In this document: piece by piece, positions 20,641 to 31,200 of the stretch | How positions within the stretch are numbered: position 1 is the stretch's first letter | Layout: every line of letters starts with the position of its first letter | Assembly (NCBI GenBank): GCA_963700145.1 | Contig: OY969474.1 | Coordinates: 3,328,001-3,392,000 of the forward strand | Reading direction: 5' to 3' | DNA from: an uncultured Acidobacteriota bacterium | GTDB lineage: Bacteria > Acidobacteriota > Thermoanaerobaculia > Multivoradales > UBA5704 | Length of the DNA stretch: 64,000 nt | Program-made: the position numbers and the translations under genes | Notes under the pieces: model-generated | What the model saw: only the letters and a program-made list of their open reading frames with translations | What the model was told of the DNA's origin: nothing | Database searches by the model: none

Positions 20641-22719
20641 ATGCCGCGGCCGAAACCCGCCGCGCCGCCGCCGCCGCCCGCGCCGCCCCGAACGATCGGC
20701 GGCTTCACCGGCAAGCAGCTCCTCCTCCTCGTCCCGCTCCTCGCCGTCGTCGCCGCGCTCACCCTCTCCTACCTCTGGAACGAGGACTTCTTCTGGTATC
20801 TCACCTCCGGCGAGTACCTCCTCGAGCACGGCCGCGTCCCGGACGCAGACCCGTTCCTCTACACCGCCGAGAAGGGCATCGGCTGGGTCTACCACTCCTG
20901 GCTCTGGACGGTGCTCGTCGCCGCGATCGCGCGGCTGGCGGGGCTCGAGGGGGTCGTCGTCTTCCACGGGCTCCTCGCCCTCGGGCTGGCGGTCCTCGTC
21001 TACACCACGCGCTCCGTCGATCGGCTGGGGCTGGTCAACGCCCTCGCGCTGCTGCTCTTCCTGCTGACGATCGGCCAGCGCCTCTGCGGCAAGGCGGAGG
21101 TGGCGACCTGGCTGCTGCTCGCGGTCTTCTACCGCCTCCTCGAACGGGACGGGGCGTTCACCTGGAAACGCGGCGCCGCCCTGTGCGCGCTCCAGGTGCT
21201 GTGGGCCAACCTCCACGGCGGCTACCCGCTGGGCGTCGTCATCGCGCTCTGCTACAGCGCCGGCGGCTGGATCGAGACGCGCTTCGGCGCCAAGCCGGCG
21301 GAGGCCCCGCCCGGCCGCTCCCGCTTCCCGCCGCTCTGGTTTCCGGCGCTGCTCTTCCTCTTGGCGGTCGCCGACCCGCGGCTGTTCCGCGAGCGGCTCG
21401 TTCCCTTCGCCTTCGTGGCGGGGTCGGAGGCGGTGCAGCCGATCGGAGAGAGCGGCGGCAACGTCATCCTGGAGTGGCAGAGCCCGTTCCGCGCCGCCGA
21501 GGCCGCCCCCAGCCTGCCCTGGCTGTATCTCCTGGCCGTGGCGGCCGGGCTCGGCAGCTTCGTCCTGGCGCGGCGGTGGCCCGCCTCGCGCCTCCTCTTC
21601 TTCGCCGGCATGGCGGCGCTCGGCGCCACCGCCGTCCGCCACCTGCCGGGCATCGGGCTCGCCGCCGCCCTGGTGCTGCTCAGCAACCTCGGCGAGAAGT
21701 GGCGACAGCCGGCGGTGGCGCGGCGCAAAGGGCGTCGCGGGCCGGCGGAGCGCGCGGCGCCGGTGAACCGAGCCGCCGTCGCCGCGGCCGGGCTGCTCGC
21801 GCTGGCGTTGCTCGCCGCGGCCGCGGCGCTACGCCTGGCGCGGCCGGGCTTCGACGCCAGCCAGGCGAGGAGCTTCTTCACCGTCAAGCCCGCGATTGCC
21901 TGCCCGCGGGCGGCCGGCTTCATCCTCGACCGCGGGCTGCCGGGACCGATCTTCAACGACTTCCAGCTCGGCGCCTACCTGAGCTACCGCCTCTATCCAC
22001 GGCACCGCCTCTTCATCGACGGCCGGGTCCTCGATCCGGCGCTCGTGGTGCGCTACACGCAGATGGTCGAGTCGCCGTCGCTCTGGCGGCAGGCGGAGAA
22101 GCGCTACGGCTTCCGCACCGTCGTCCTCGGCACCTTCTCGAAGACGCTGCGCTCTCCCCTGGGCCGCGCCCTGCAGGAGGACCCGCGCTGGCGGCTGGTC
22201 TACCTCGACCCGCTCGCCGCGATCTTCACCAAGGGTGCGTCGGCGCCGCCGACCTTGCGGCTGGAGCTGCCGGGCCCGCGCCGCGTCCCCTTCGTCGATC
22301 CGCCGGGGTTCGTGCCGCCGCTGCCGGCCCTGCAGCGGCTCTTCCTGCGCGACACGCCGTCGAAGTACCTGGTCGAGTACCTGGCGGCCCTCGGCCACCT
22401 CGGCCGGACGCGCGAAGTCATCGCGCTCGCTACCGAGGCGCTGCGCATCATGCCCGAGCACCCACTGCTGCACCGCCAGCGCTGCGCGGCCCATCTGGTC
22501 GAAAAGGACGGGCGTGCCGCGCTCGCCGACTGCGAAGTCGCCTACCGCGGCCGCCCCGACGACAGCCAGGTCGTGGCCCTCTACGCGATGGCCCTGAGCG
22601 GCGCCGGCCGGGGGCAGGAGGCCATCTTCGTGCTCGACGAGGCACTACGCCGCCCGCGCCCCGACGACAGCCTGCGCCGGCTGCGCCAGAGCCTGATGAG
22701 AAGAAGCGGTGCGCAGTGA
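20641..22719 (+). CDS. Polytopic membrane protein (GT-C-like glycosyltransferase signature) with C-terminal TPR
   Basis: NEDFFWYL..GEY...DPF...W...SWL, LWANLHGG, FN....GAYL, FIDGR motifs; helical repeats at the C-terminus. Confidence 0.75.
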   Translation: MPRPKPAAPPPPPAPPRTIGGFTGKQLLLLVPLLAVVAALTLSYLWNEDFFWYLTSGEYLLEHGRVPDADPFLYTAEKGIGWVYHSWLWTVLVAAIARLAGLEGVVVFHGLLALGLAVLVYTTRSVDRLGLVNALALLLFLLTIGQRLCGKAEVATWLLLAVFYRLLERDGAFTWKRGAALCALQVLWANLHGGYPLGVVIALCYSAGGWIETRFGAKPAEAPPGRSRFPPLWFPALLFLLAVADPRLFRERLVPFAFVAGSEAVQPIGESGGNVILEWQSPFRAAEAAPSLPWLYLLAVAAGLGSFVLARRWPASRLLFFAGMAALGATAVRHLPGIGLAAALVLLSNLGEKWRQPAVARRKGRRGPAERAAPVNRAAVAAAGLLALALLAAAAALRLARPGFDASQARSFFTVKPAIACPRAAGFILDRGLPGPIFNDFQLGAYLSYRLYPRHRLFIDGRVLDPALVVRYTQMVESPSLWRQAEKRYGFRTVVLGTFSKTLRSPLGRALQEDPRWRLVYLDPLAAIFTKGASAPPTLRLELPGPRRVPFVDPPGFVPPLPALQRLFLRDTPSKYLVEYLAALGHLGRTREVIALATEALRIMPEHPLLHRQRCAAHLVEKDGRAALADCEVAYRGRPDDSQVVALYAMALSGAGRGQEAIFVLDEALRRPRPDDSLRRLRQSLMRRSGAQ

Positions 22720-22732
22720 ACGCACCCACCCT

Positions 22733-22766
22733 GGAATACCCGGGTATCTCCACCGGGTGCTACCAT
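22733..22766 (+). promoter_or_regulatory. Putative TA operator palindrome and -10 box
   Basis: ATACCCGGGTAT palindrome (22736-22747) and TACCAT 6 bp before the antitoxin ATG. Confidence 0.5.
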
Positions 22767-22772
22767 AGAGGC

Positions 22773-23009
22773 ATGAAGTTGGGCGTCTCGCTTCCCGACG
22801 ACCTCGTCACCTTCGCCGACGAGGAGGCCAAGCGCCGCAAGACCAGCCGGTCCGGCCTCCTCGCCCAGCTCCTCGAAGCCGAGCGAGTGCGCGAGCAGGT
22901 AGGCCGGTACATCGATCGTCACGGCTGGGACGTAGCGGAAGACGACAAAGCCTGGCGGCAGTATCAGCGACGCCGGATGGGGGAGAGCTACGGCGACGAC
23001 GAATGGTGA
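22773..23009 (+). CDS. Ribbon-helix-helix antitoxin (MazE-like role)
   Basis: MKLGVSLPDDL...D.EA......SRS RHH pattern, ends DDEW; upstream of a PemK/MazF toxin. Confidence 0.85.
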   Translation: MKLGVSLPDDLVTFADEEAKRRKTSRSGLLAQLLEAERVREQVGRYIDRHGWDVAEDDKAWRQYQRRRMGESYGDDEW

Positions 23010-23013
23010 GCCG

Positions 23014-23331
23014 CTGCCGAGGCGCGGCGAGGTGTGGTGGGTGCACGTCGACAAGCGGCGGCCGGCCGTGGTCGTACAGACCGACCGGGTCCGTGAGGCG
23101 CGGGTGCGCACCTTTCTCGTCGTGCCGCTGACGAGCCGGCTGCACCTCGATGGGCTCCCGGGCAATGTGCGCCTCGAGCGGCGGGCAACCGGCCTGCCGA
23201 AGCCCTCCGTCGCCAACGTCTACGACATCCAGAAGGTGCTGCGCTCGGACTTCAGCGAGCGCCTGGGCGCGCTCCCCGCCGAAACCCTCTCTCGCCTCGA
23301 TGCGGGGCTGAGGCTGGTGCTCGACCTGTAG
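23014..23331 (+). CDS. mazF: PemK/MazF family endoribonuclease toxin
   Basis: RRGEVWWV...KRRPAVVVQ.D...VVPLTS...TGLPKPSVAN...LG.L; start codon uncertain (CTG 23014 or GTG 23032). Confidence 0.9.
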   Translation: MPRRGEVWWVHVDKRRPAVVVQTDRVREARVRTFLVVPLTSRLHLDGLPGNVRLERRATGLPKPSVANVYDIQKVLRSDFSERLGALPAETLSRLDAGLRLVLDL

Positions 23332-23343
23332 TTGCCGGTCCGA

Positions 23344-24660
23344 TCACTGCGCGTCCGGCAGCTCGGTTTCGACCTGGCGCAGCCGGGGGTTGCGGCTCGC
23401 GGCCGCGAGGACGGCTAGGACGAGCAGCCCGAGGACGATGAAGAGCAGGCCGATGCCGCGCCCCGGCCCGACGCCGATGACGCGTCCGACCGTGGGCGCG
23501 AGGGGGCCGCCGGGCTGGAGGAGGGGCTCGAAGACGTGGTCGGCGAGCGGGCCGGCGAGCAGGTAGCCCAAGGGGAGTGTCGACCAGGCGACCATGCGCC
23601 GCACCGCGAAGACGCGGCCCTGGAGATCGGGCGCGACCTTGCTCTGCCAGATCGCCTGGCTGCACCCCTCGACGATCGGCGTGGCGAAGAGGAAGACGAA
23701 GGCCGCCGCGGCGACCAGCGCGGCGCTCGGCCGCACGCCGCCGAGGAAGAGGAGCAACCCCTGGACGAGGAGGCCGCCGAGCACGCCGTCGATCCGCCGC
23801 GGCGGCCCTCCCCAGACGCTCATCACGAGGCTTCCCGCCAGCATGCCGCACCCCGCCACCGCCAGCACCAGCCCCAAGACCTCGACCGAGGCAAAGCTGA
23901 GGACGAGCGGCGTCACCAACACCTGGAGGATCGCCAGGCTGAAGTTGGTGGCCGCCAGGAGGAGGAGCATGGCGCGCAGGCCGGGGCGCTGCCGGATGTA
24001 GACCCAGCCGTGCCAGGCCTCGCGCAGCAGCGAGCCGCGCGCCGCGACCCCTTCGGCCGTCGCCTCCGGCCGCGGGAAGCGAACCGCCAAGAGGGTCAGG
24101 AGAGCGACGAGGAAGCTCGCGACGTCGAGCACCAGCACGCCGCGCAAGCCGATCGGCCCGAGGAGCGCGCCGCCGAGCAGCGGCGCCATGATCTGCGATA
24201 CCGCCACCCCCAACTGCGCGATGCCGCTCGCCCGTCCCAGCTGGTGCCGCGAGACGAGGAGGGTCGTGGTGGCGGTGAACGCCGGCCATTGGAGGGCCGC
24301 GAAGCTCGAGCTGACCGCGAGGAGCAGGTAGATCTGCCAGAGCTCCAGCCGCCCGCTCCAGAGGAGGGCCGCGAGCGCGAGCGTGCAGAGGGCCGAGCCC
24401 GAGTCGCCGAGGAGCATCGCCCGGCGCCGGTCCCAGCGGTCCGCCAGCGCTCCGGCGAGCGGCGAGAGGACGATGACCGGCAGCATCACGCAGAGCGTGA
24501 CGAGGGCGAACCGGGTGGCCGATCCGGTGCGCTGGTAGACCGCGACCCCCAGCGCGAAGCCGGTGAGGCCGGAGCCGAGCATCGAGACGACCTGCCCGGC
24601 CAGGACGATGCCGAAGACGGCGAAGCCGCGAGAAGGAAGCGGAGCGGTGTGCGACCTCAC
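23344..24660 (-). CDS. MFS exporter (DHA3/macrolide-efflux-like)
   Basis: GQVVSMLGSGLT.FAL, GALADRWDRRR, Q.KV.PDLQGRVF; about 12 TM segments. Confidence 0.92.
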   Translation of the reverse strand: MRSHTAPLPSRGFAVFGIVLAGQVVSMLGSGLTGFALGVAVYQRTGSATRFALVTLCVMLPVIVLSPLAGALADRWDRRRAMLLGDSGSALCTLALAALLWSGRLELWQIYLLLAVSSSFAALQWPAFTATTTLLVSRHQLGRASGIAQLGVAVSQIMAPLLGGALLGPIGLRGVLVLDVASFLVALLTLLAVRFPRPEATAEGVAARGSLLREAWHGWVYIRQRPGLRAMLLLLAATNFSLAILQVLVTPLVLSFASVEVLGLVLAVAGCGMLAGSLVMSVWGGPPRRIDGVLGGLLVQGLLLFLGGVRPSAALVAAAAFVFLFATPIVEGCSQAIWQSKVAPDLQGRVFAVRRMVAWSTLPLGYLLAGPLADHVFEPLLQPGGPLAPTVGRVIGVGPGRGIGLLFIVLGLLVLAVLAAASRNPRLRQVETELPDAQ

Positions 24661-24667
24661 CCGCGGT

Positions 24668-25750
24668 TCAGTCGTAGACGCGGACTTGCACGTACGGCGG
24701 CGGGTCGGCCGGCGGAGAGTCGTTCTCCATGATCGAGACCTCGCCGACCTTGCCGATCTCCTTGAAGCCGGCGAAACGGTAGGTGATGAGCATCTGCCGG
24801 TTGCGGTCGTTGGACACGAACTCGGCGCGGAGCTTCGCCCCCGCCTCCCTCGCCAGCCGCAGGACGTGGTGGATCATGATCGTCCCCACCCCTTTGGACA
24901 TGACGCGGCAGGACATGAGGAGGAGCTTCACCGTCCAGACCTCCGGGCCCAGCTCGATCAGGGTGAGCCCGATCTTGCCGTAGGTGCCGTGCCGGTCCTC
25001 CAGGCTGGATATCAGGAGCTTGTGGCGGGGCGACCGCCGGAGCTCGTCGAGCTCCTCGTAGGAGTAGGTGTAGCCGGTGGTGTTGAGCTGGTTGGTGCGG
25101 ACCGTCAGCTCCTCGGCGCGCTTGAGGTCCTCCTCCTGGCAGGGGGTGATGGTGAAGACCATGCCGAGGGTCGCCAGGAACTCCTCCTTGGGGCCGACAT
25201 AGGCGACCTCCTCGCGGTTGCGCGCCACGTCGGCCTGGTACATCAGGCGGCGGATCCGCGAGTCGTCGGTCACGAAGCGCGGGTTGAGCTCGGGCCGGTC
25301 GACCAGACCGTCGAGGCAGGCGGAGTCGAGGCAGAGGACCCGGGCGTGCGAGAAGGCCACCTCCTCGCGCTCGAACGGCTGGTCGTCGACGAAGGCGACG
25401 GCGTCGAGGCCGATGTTGATGTCCTCGGCGATCTGGGCGATCGAGGCCGCCTTGGAGTTCCAGTTGATCTGCGGATAGAGGAAGTACTCGGCGAGGCCTA
25501 GCTCTTCGAGCTTGGCCATGGCGACGTCATGGTCGTTGCGGCTGGCGATCGAGTGGAGGATGCCGCGCGCGTCGAGGGTCTTGATGATGTCGACGACCTG
25601 CGGGCGGAGGCGGACCTCGGGGTCTTCGAGGAGGATGCCGTCCCAGATCGTGTCGTCGAGGTCCCAGACGACGCACTTGATCGACTGCTTCTCTTTCTTC
25701 TTCGCCGCGCGGACGGCGGCGGCGTGGGGTGCGGTTTCGAGCTCGAGCAT
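24668..25750 (-). CDS. FkbH-like glyceryl-ACP synthase (HAD-IIIC phosphatase/acyltransferase)
   Basis: KCVVWDLDDTIWDG, FVDDQPFER, RTNQLN, LLMSCRV (catalytic Cys); start at ATG 25750. Confidence 0.95.
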   Translation of the reverse strand: MLELETAPHAAAVRAAKKKEKQSIKCVVWDLDDTIWDGILLEDPEVRLRPQVVDIIKTLDARGILHSIASRNDHDVAMAKLEELGLAEYFLYPQINWNSKAASIAQIAEDINIGLDAVAFVDDQPFEREEVAFSHARVLCLDSACLDGLVDRPELNPRFVTDDSRIRRLMYQADVARNREEVAYVGPKEEFLATLGMVFTITPCQEEDLKRAEELTVRTNQLNTTGYTYSYEELDELRRSPRHKLLISSLEDRHGTYGKIGLTLIELGPEVWTVKLLLMSCRVMSKGVGTIMIHHVLRLAREAGAKLRAEFVSNDRNRQMLITYRFAGFKEIGKVGEVSIMENDSPPADPPPYVQVRVYD

Positions 25751-25764
25751 GTCGTGGGCTCCTA

Positions 25765-26898
25765 CTAGAACTCCTGGAAATCGAAGAGGGGGAGCGTGAT
25801 CTGCTGGATCTGGGTGCTCCCTTCGATGACCTCCATCACCTTCGAGTCGCGCAGGTAGCGGGCGACGGGGAAGTCCTCGGAGAGGCCGTTGGCGCCGTGG
25901 ATCTGCACGGCGTCGTTGGCCGCCCGGGTGGCCATGGTGGAGGCGAAGTACTTCGCCGCCATGGTCTCGGCCGGCGCCCCCGGGTCGCGCGTGTCGCGCA
26001 GGTAGCCGGCGCGCAGGCAGAGGAGCCGGGCGGCGCGGACGTTGACGATCATCTCGGCGAGGAGGGCGCGGACGAGCTGGTGGTCCGCCAGCGGGACGCC
26101 GAACTGGCGCCGCTCGGCGGCGTAGCTGCGGCAGGCGTCGAGGCAGGCCTGGCCGATGCCGACCGAGCCCCAGGAGACGCTGTAGCGCCCCTGCTCGAGG
26201 GCCGCCGCCGCCACGTGCGAGATGCCGAAGCCGACGCGGCCGACGAGGTTCGCCGCGGGGACGCGGCAGTCGGCGAAGAACAGCTCCGCGAGGAGCGAGG
26301 CGCGGGTGCCGACGATCCCGCGCAGCGGCCGGACGGTGAGACCCGGCGATTCCCGTTCCACCAGGAAAGCCGCCGGCTGCCCCTCGACCTTGGCGAAGAC
26401 CAGGAAGAGGTCGGCGATCTGGCCGAAGGTGGTCCACTTCTTCCGGCCGTCGAGGACCCAGACGTCGCCGTCGGCCCGCGCGGTGGTTTCGATCCCCATC
26501 GCGTCGCTGCCGGCGTTGGGCTCGGAGAGGGCGAGGGCGCCCAGCAGCTCGCCGCGCGCCATCCGCGGCAGGTAGAGCTGCCGCTGCTCGCGGCTCCCCC
26601 ACCGCCCCACCGCGTGGGCCACCATGTCATGCACGGTCAGGAGCGAGCGGACCGACGAGCAGCCGCGGGCGATCTCCTCGGTCAGCAGGCCGTAGGTGAT
26701 CATGTCGAGGCCGCGCCCGCCGTGCTCCGGCGGCACGTTCGAGCCCAGCCAGCCCCGCTCGCGGAGCCGGCCGACGAGCTCCAACGGGATCGCCTCCTCA
26801 CGGTCCCAGCGGTCGGCGTGGGGGGCGATCTCGGCGGCCACGAAGGCGCGGAACTCCGCACGCGCCTCTCGCTGCCCGGCGCTGAGCTCGAGCTTCAC
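25765..26898 (-). CDS. Acyl-ACP dehydrogenase (FkbI/ZmaE-like)
   Basis: CSSVRSLLTVH, ALSEPNAGSD, G.KKWTTFGQIAD, R.QFG, IEGSTQIQ; GTG start overlaps the ACP stop. Confidence 0.93.
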   Translation of the reverse strand: MKLELSAGQREARAEFRAFVAAEIAPHADRWDREEAIPLELVGRLRERGWLGSNVPPEHGGRGLDMITYGLLTEEIARGCSSVRSLLTVHDMVAHAVGRWGSREQRQLYLPRMARGELLGALALSEPNAGSDAMGIETTARADGDVWVLDGRKKWTTFGQIADLFLVFAKVEGQPAAFLVERESPGLTVRPLRGIVGTRASLLAELFFADCRVPAANLVGRVGFGISHVAAAALEQGRYSVSWGSVGIGQACLDACRSYAAERRQFGVPLADHQLVRALLAEMIVNVRAARLLCLRAGYLRDTRDPGAPAETMAAKYFASTMATRAANDAVQIHGANGLSEDFPVARYLRDSKVMEVIEGSTQIQQITLPLFDFQEF

Positions 26899-27149
26899 GC
26901 CGGGGCCGGCTCCGCCGCGGCCTTGCGGGCGATCAGGTTGGAGATGGCATCGATCGAGCGGAAGTTGTCGAGGTCCAGGTCCTCGTCCTCGACGCGGATG
27001 CCGAAGGTCTTCTCGATGAAGGCCACGAGCTGGATGGCGAGGAGCGAGTTGACGAAGCCGAGGGCGAAGATGTCCTCGTCCGGCCGCAAGTCGTGGCTCT
27101 TGAAGAAGCGGGAGAGGAACTCCTTGATCGCGAGCTGGGTCTGGTCCAT
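26895..27149 (-). CDS. Standalone acyl carrier protein (FkbJ/ZmaD-like)
   Basis: DEDIFALGFVNSLLA.QLV.FIE..F....DLD.DNFRS. Confidence 0.93.
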   Translation of the reverse strand: MDQTQLAIKEFLSRFFKSHDLRPDEDIFALGFVNSLLAIQLVAFIEKTFGIRVEDEDLDLDNFRSIDAISNLIARKAAAEPAPA

Positions 27150-27167
27150 GGCGCCTGCTGCGCTTCC

Positions 27168-28028
27168 TTAGGCGAGGGTGTAGTCGTAGAACCCCTTGCC
27201 GCTCTTGCGGCCGTGGAGGCCGGCGTCGACCATCTTCTTGAGCAGTGGGGAGGGACGGTACTTGCCGTCGCTGTAGCTCTCGTAGAGGACCTCGATCGAG
27301 TCGAGGATGGTGTCGAGCCCGATCAGGTCGGCGGTCTCGAGCGGCCCCATCTTGTGGCCGAAGCAGCCCTTGAAGAGCTGGTCGATCTGCTCGGCCGTCG
27401 CCACTCCGTCCTGCACCAGGCAGACGGCTTCGTTGATAGTGAGCATCAGCACCCGGTTGGTGACGAACCCCGGCAGGTCGTTGACGACGATGCACTCCTT
27501 GCCAAGCTGCCGCAGGAACTGCCGGGAAGCGGCGAGCGTCTCCTCGCTGGTGTGGTGGCCGCGGACGACCTCGACCAGCGGCTTCAAAGGCACCGGGTTC
27601 ATGAAGTGCATGCCGACGACGCGGTCGGGGCGCCGCGTGAGCGCCGCGACGCGGGTGATCGAGAAGCACGAGGTGTTGACCGCGAAGATCGTCCGCTCGG
27701 GGCAGATGGCGTCGATCCGCGGGTAGATCCCGCGCTTGACCTCCCACTTCTCGGGGACGTTCTCGACCACCAGGTCGGCGCCGGCGAGCGCTTCGAGCTC
27801 GGTGGTGAAAGTGATCCGGCCGAGCACCTCCCCGGCGTCTTGGCGCTGCGTCCCCTTCTGCAGCATGCCCTGGAAGCGGAGGCTCTGGCGGATCGCGTCG
27901 CGGGCCCGGTCCAGCACCTCGTCGGCGACGTCCACGAGGAGGGTGGCATGTCCCGTCTGCGCGAGGCTCTGCCCCACTCCGACCCCGATCACCCCGGCGC
28001 CGATGACGCCGACCGTCCTCACTTCCAT
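27168..28028 (-). CDS. 3-hydroxyacyl-ACP/CoA dehydrogenase (FkbK/ZmaG-like)
   Basis: GVIGAGVIG, VENVPE, NTSCFSIT, GMHFMNP, GPLETADLIGLD. Confidence 0.93.
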   Translation of the reverse strand: MEVRTVGVIGAGVIGVGVGQSLAQTGHATLLVDVADEVLDRARDAIRQSLRFQGMLQKGTQRQDAGEVLGRITFTTELEALAGADLVVENVPEKWEVKRGIYPRIDAICPERTIFAVNTSCFSITRVAALTRRPDRVVGMHFMNPVPLKPLVEVVRGHHTSEETLAASRQFLRQLGKECIVVNDLPGFVTNRVLMLTINEAVCLVQDGVATAEQIDQLFKGCFGHKMGPLETADLIGLDTILDSIEVLYESYSDGKYRPSPLLKKMVDAGLHGRKSGKGFYDYTLA

Positions 28029-28073
28029 GCGGCGTTCTCCCCTTCCTCGCCTCGTTCGACTCCCAAGTCGCAA

Positions 28074-28161
28074 GTGTCACCGCCTGGCAGGTAGGTGACA
28101 CAAGAGACCTGGGAGCGGGTGCGCTTTCCAGACTTGACTGAGATGAACATAAGAGTATCTT
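28074..28161. promoter_or_regulatory. Divergent control region: inverted repeat GTGTCACC-N12-GGTGACAC plus sigma70-like promoter for the NRPS
   Basis: Perfect 8-bp inverted repeat at 28074-28081/28094-28101; TTGACT-N16-TATCTT at 28134-28161. Confidence 0.5.
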
Positions 28162-28210
28162 ACCCGTCCCGTCGCCTTCCGCCGAGAGCCCGCGACGGCG
28201 AGAAGCGCTG

Positions 28211-31200
28211 ATGGCGACCACGCTGGCCCCTCCCGGTTGCTTGTTGACCGACGTCCTGCGCAGACGGGCCGCGGAGCGTCCGGGGGGGCAGGCCTTCACC
28301 TTCCTCGACCCGGCCGGCACCGAGGTCGAGACCCTGACCTGGGGTGGGCTGGACGAGCGGGTGCGGGCCGTCGCCGCCGCCCTCCAGGAGGCGGGTGCCC
28401 CGGGTGAGCGGGCCCTGCTCCTGTTCCCCCCCGGCCTCGACTTCGTCGCCGCGTTCCTGGGATGCCTCTTCGCCGGGACGGTCGCGGTCCCCGCCTATCC
28501 CCCGGGGCGTCACCGCCCGTCGGCGCGGCTCCGCTCGATCGCCGCCGATGCCCGCGCGCGGGTGGTCTTGGCACCGGACGGCCTCGCGGCGGGAGCGGCG
28601 GCGCTGGTGGAGAAGGTGCCGGAGCTCGAGGGGGCGCGGTGGATCGCCACCGACACGCTCGACCCGCTCCTCGCGGCGAGATGGCGGGAGAACGCGCCGG
28701 CCGCGGAGGATCCGGCCTTCCTCCAGTACACCTCGGGCTCCACCTCCGAGCCCAAGGGGGTGGTGGTCACGCACGGGAGCCTGCTCGACAACGAGGAGGC
28801 CATCCGCCGCGCCTTCCGGCAGTCGGAGGCCTCGGTGGTCGTGGGGTGGCTCCCGCTCTACCACGACATGGGGTTGATCGGGAACGTGCTCCAGCCGCTC
28901 TACTCGGGAGGGCGCGCGGTCCTGATGTCGCCCCTTGCCTTCCTGCAGCGGCCGGCGCTCTGGCTGGAGGCGATCTCCCGCTACCGGGCGACGACGAGCG
29001 GCGGACCCAACTTCGCCTACGACCTGTGCGCGCGGAAGGTCGGCGAGGAGGAGAAGGCGGGGCTCGACCTCTCCGGCTGGACGCTCGCCTTCAACGGCGC
29101 CGAGCCGGTGCGGGCCGAGACGATGGAGCGGTTCGCGGCGGCCTTCGCCGCCTGCGGTTTCCGGCGCCAGGCCTTCTACCCCTGTTACGGCCTGGCCGAA
29201 GCGACCCTCTTCGTCTCCGGCGGCACGCCCGGGGAGCCGCCGGTGGTCCGCTCGTTCGCTGTCGCGGAGCTCGAGCGGCACCAGGCCGTGCCCGTGCCGG
29301 CGGACGCGCCGGACGGCCGCCGGGTCGTCGGCTGCGGCCGCGCCGCCTCCGGGCAGACGGTGGCGGTCGTTGATCCCGAGGCCCGCACCCTCCGGGCGTC
29401 CGGCCGCGTGGGGGAGATCTGGGTGTCGGGGCCGAGCGTGGCGGCCGGCTACTGGCAACGGCCCGAGGAGACCGAGCGCACCTTCCGGGCCCGGCTCGCG
29501 GACGATCCCGGCGCCGGCCCCTTCCTACGCACGGGCGACCTCGGGTTCCTCGCCGACGGCGAGCTCTTCGTCACCGGCCGCTCGAAGGACCTCATCATCC
29601 TGCGCGGCCGCAACCACTACCCGCAAGACCTGGAGCTGACCGCCGAGGGCGCTCATCCGGCGCTCCGCCCCGGGTGCGGCGCCGCGTTCTCGATCGAGCG
29701 GGAGGGGGAGGAGCGGCTGGTGGTCCTGCAGGAGATCGAGCGCGCGGCCGCGGCCGGCGCGCCGGCGGTCGCCGAGGCGATCCGCCGGGCGGTGGCGGAG
29801 GAACACGAGGTGGCGGTCGAGGAGGTCGTCCTCCTGCGCGCCGGCACGATCCTCAAAACCTCCAGCGGCAAGCTCCGCCGCGCCGCCTGCCGGGCGGCGT
29901 ACCTCGCGGGCGAGCTGGCGGTGGTGGCGCGGACGGGTGGGCAGGAGCCCCCGCCGCCCGCGGACGCCGCGGCGGAGGAGCCGCTCACCGCGGTGCTGGC
30001 CGCCGAGGCCCGCCGCGTGCTGCGCCGCGAGGTGGTCGACCCCGACCTCCCCCTCACCTCCCTCGGGCTGGACTCTCTCGCCGCCGCCGAGCTGCGCAGC
30101 GCGGTCGCGGCGCGAACGGGGGTGGAGGTCCCACTGACGCTCCTGCTGGAAGGGGCCAGCCTCCGGGCGCTGGCCGCGGAAGCGCGGATCGCGGACGCCC
30201 TTCCCGCCTTCGCGGCGGAGCCGGACGCGCCCGGCGAGCACCCGCTCTCGGAGGGGCAGCGAGCGCTCTGGTTCGTGGACCGCTTGAGCCCCGCGGCCGC
30301 CGCCCTCAACCTGGCCGGGGCGGCCCGGGTGCGGGGCGGGCTCGACACCGCCGCCCTGCGCCGCGCCCTCCTGCTCCTCGCCGAACGCCATCCGGCGCTG
30401 CGGACCACCTTCGAGGCGCGCGACGGCGAGCCGGTCCGGCGGGTCCACGCCCGCCTGGAGCCGGATTTCGCGACCGGGACGGCCGAGGAGGCCGCACTTC
30501 CTGAGCTCCTGGCGGCGGAGGCGTACCGCCCCTTCGACCTCGAGCGGGGGCCTCTCCTGCGCGTCCGCGCCTGGACCTTGCCCGGGGAGGGGACCGCGCT
30601 CCTCCTGGCCGTCCACCACCTGGTCATGGACTTCGCGTCGGCGGCGGTCCTGCTGCGCGACCTCGCGCGGCTCTACGCGCAGGAGCGCGGGGGCCCACCG
30701 GCCCGGCTCGCACCGCCCGGCCCCGGCTACACCGACTGGATACGCCGCCAGGAGGCGGCCCTCGCCGGCCGGCGGGGCGAGCTTCTCAGCGTCTTCTGGC
30801 ACGAGCGTCTGGCGGGGGACCTTCCCGTCCTCGACCTGCCGGCCGACCGCCCCCGCCCCGCCGCCCGGAGCTGGCGCGGCCACCTCCACACGCTGCGGCT
30901 CGAGGACGGCGCGGAAGCTCTCCACGCCGTCGCCCGCTCGCGCGGCGTCACTCTCTACGCAGCGCTCCTGGCAGGGCTCCAGGCCGTCCTCCACCGCTGG
31001 ACCGGTCAGACCGAAGCCCTGGTCGGCGCGCCCGCGGCCTGGCGCGGCGCGGCCGAGCTGGACGACGAGGTGGGCTACTTCGTGAACCCGGTGGCGCTGC
31101 GCCTCGGCATCGCCGGCGAGCCCTCCTTCGCCGAGCTCGCGGCGCGGGCGGGAGCGGTCGCCGCCGCAGCCTTCGCGCACGGCGACGCCCCGTTCCCCTG

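Noticed and set aside
24668-28028. Methoxymalonyl- or aminomalonyl-ACP pathway
   Set aside because: No FkbG-like O-methyltransferase and no standalone Ser adenylation enzyme in the window; hydroxymalonyl (or glyceryl) fits best.
24668-28320. Apparent 644-aa FkbH and 851-aa acyl-CoA dehydrogenase fusions in the ORF track
   Set aside because: The N-terminal extensions are off-frame read-through over neighbouring genes; real starts are at 25750 and 26898.
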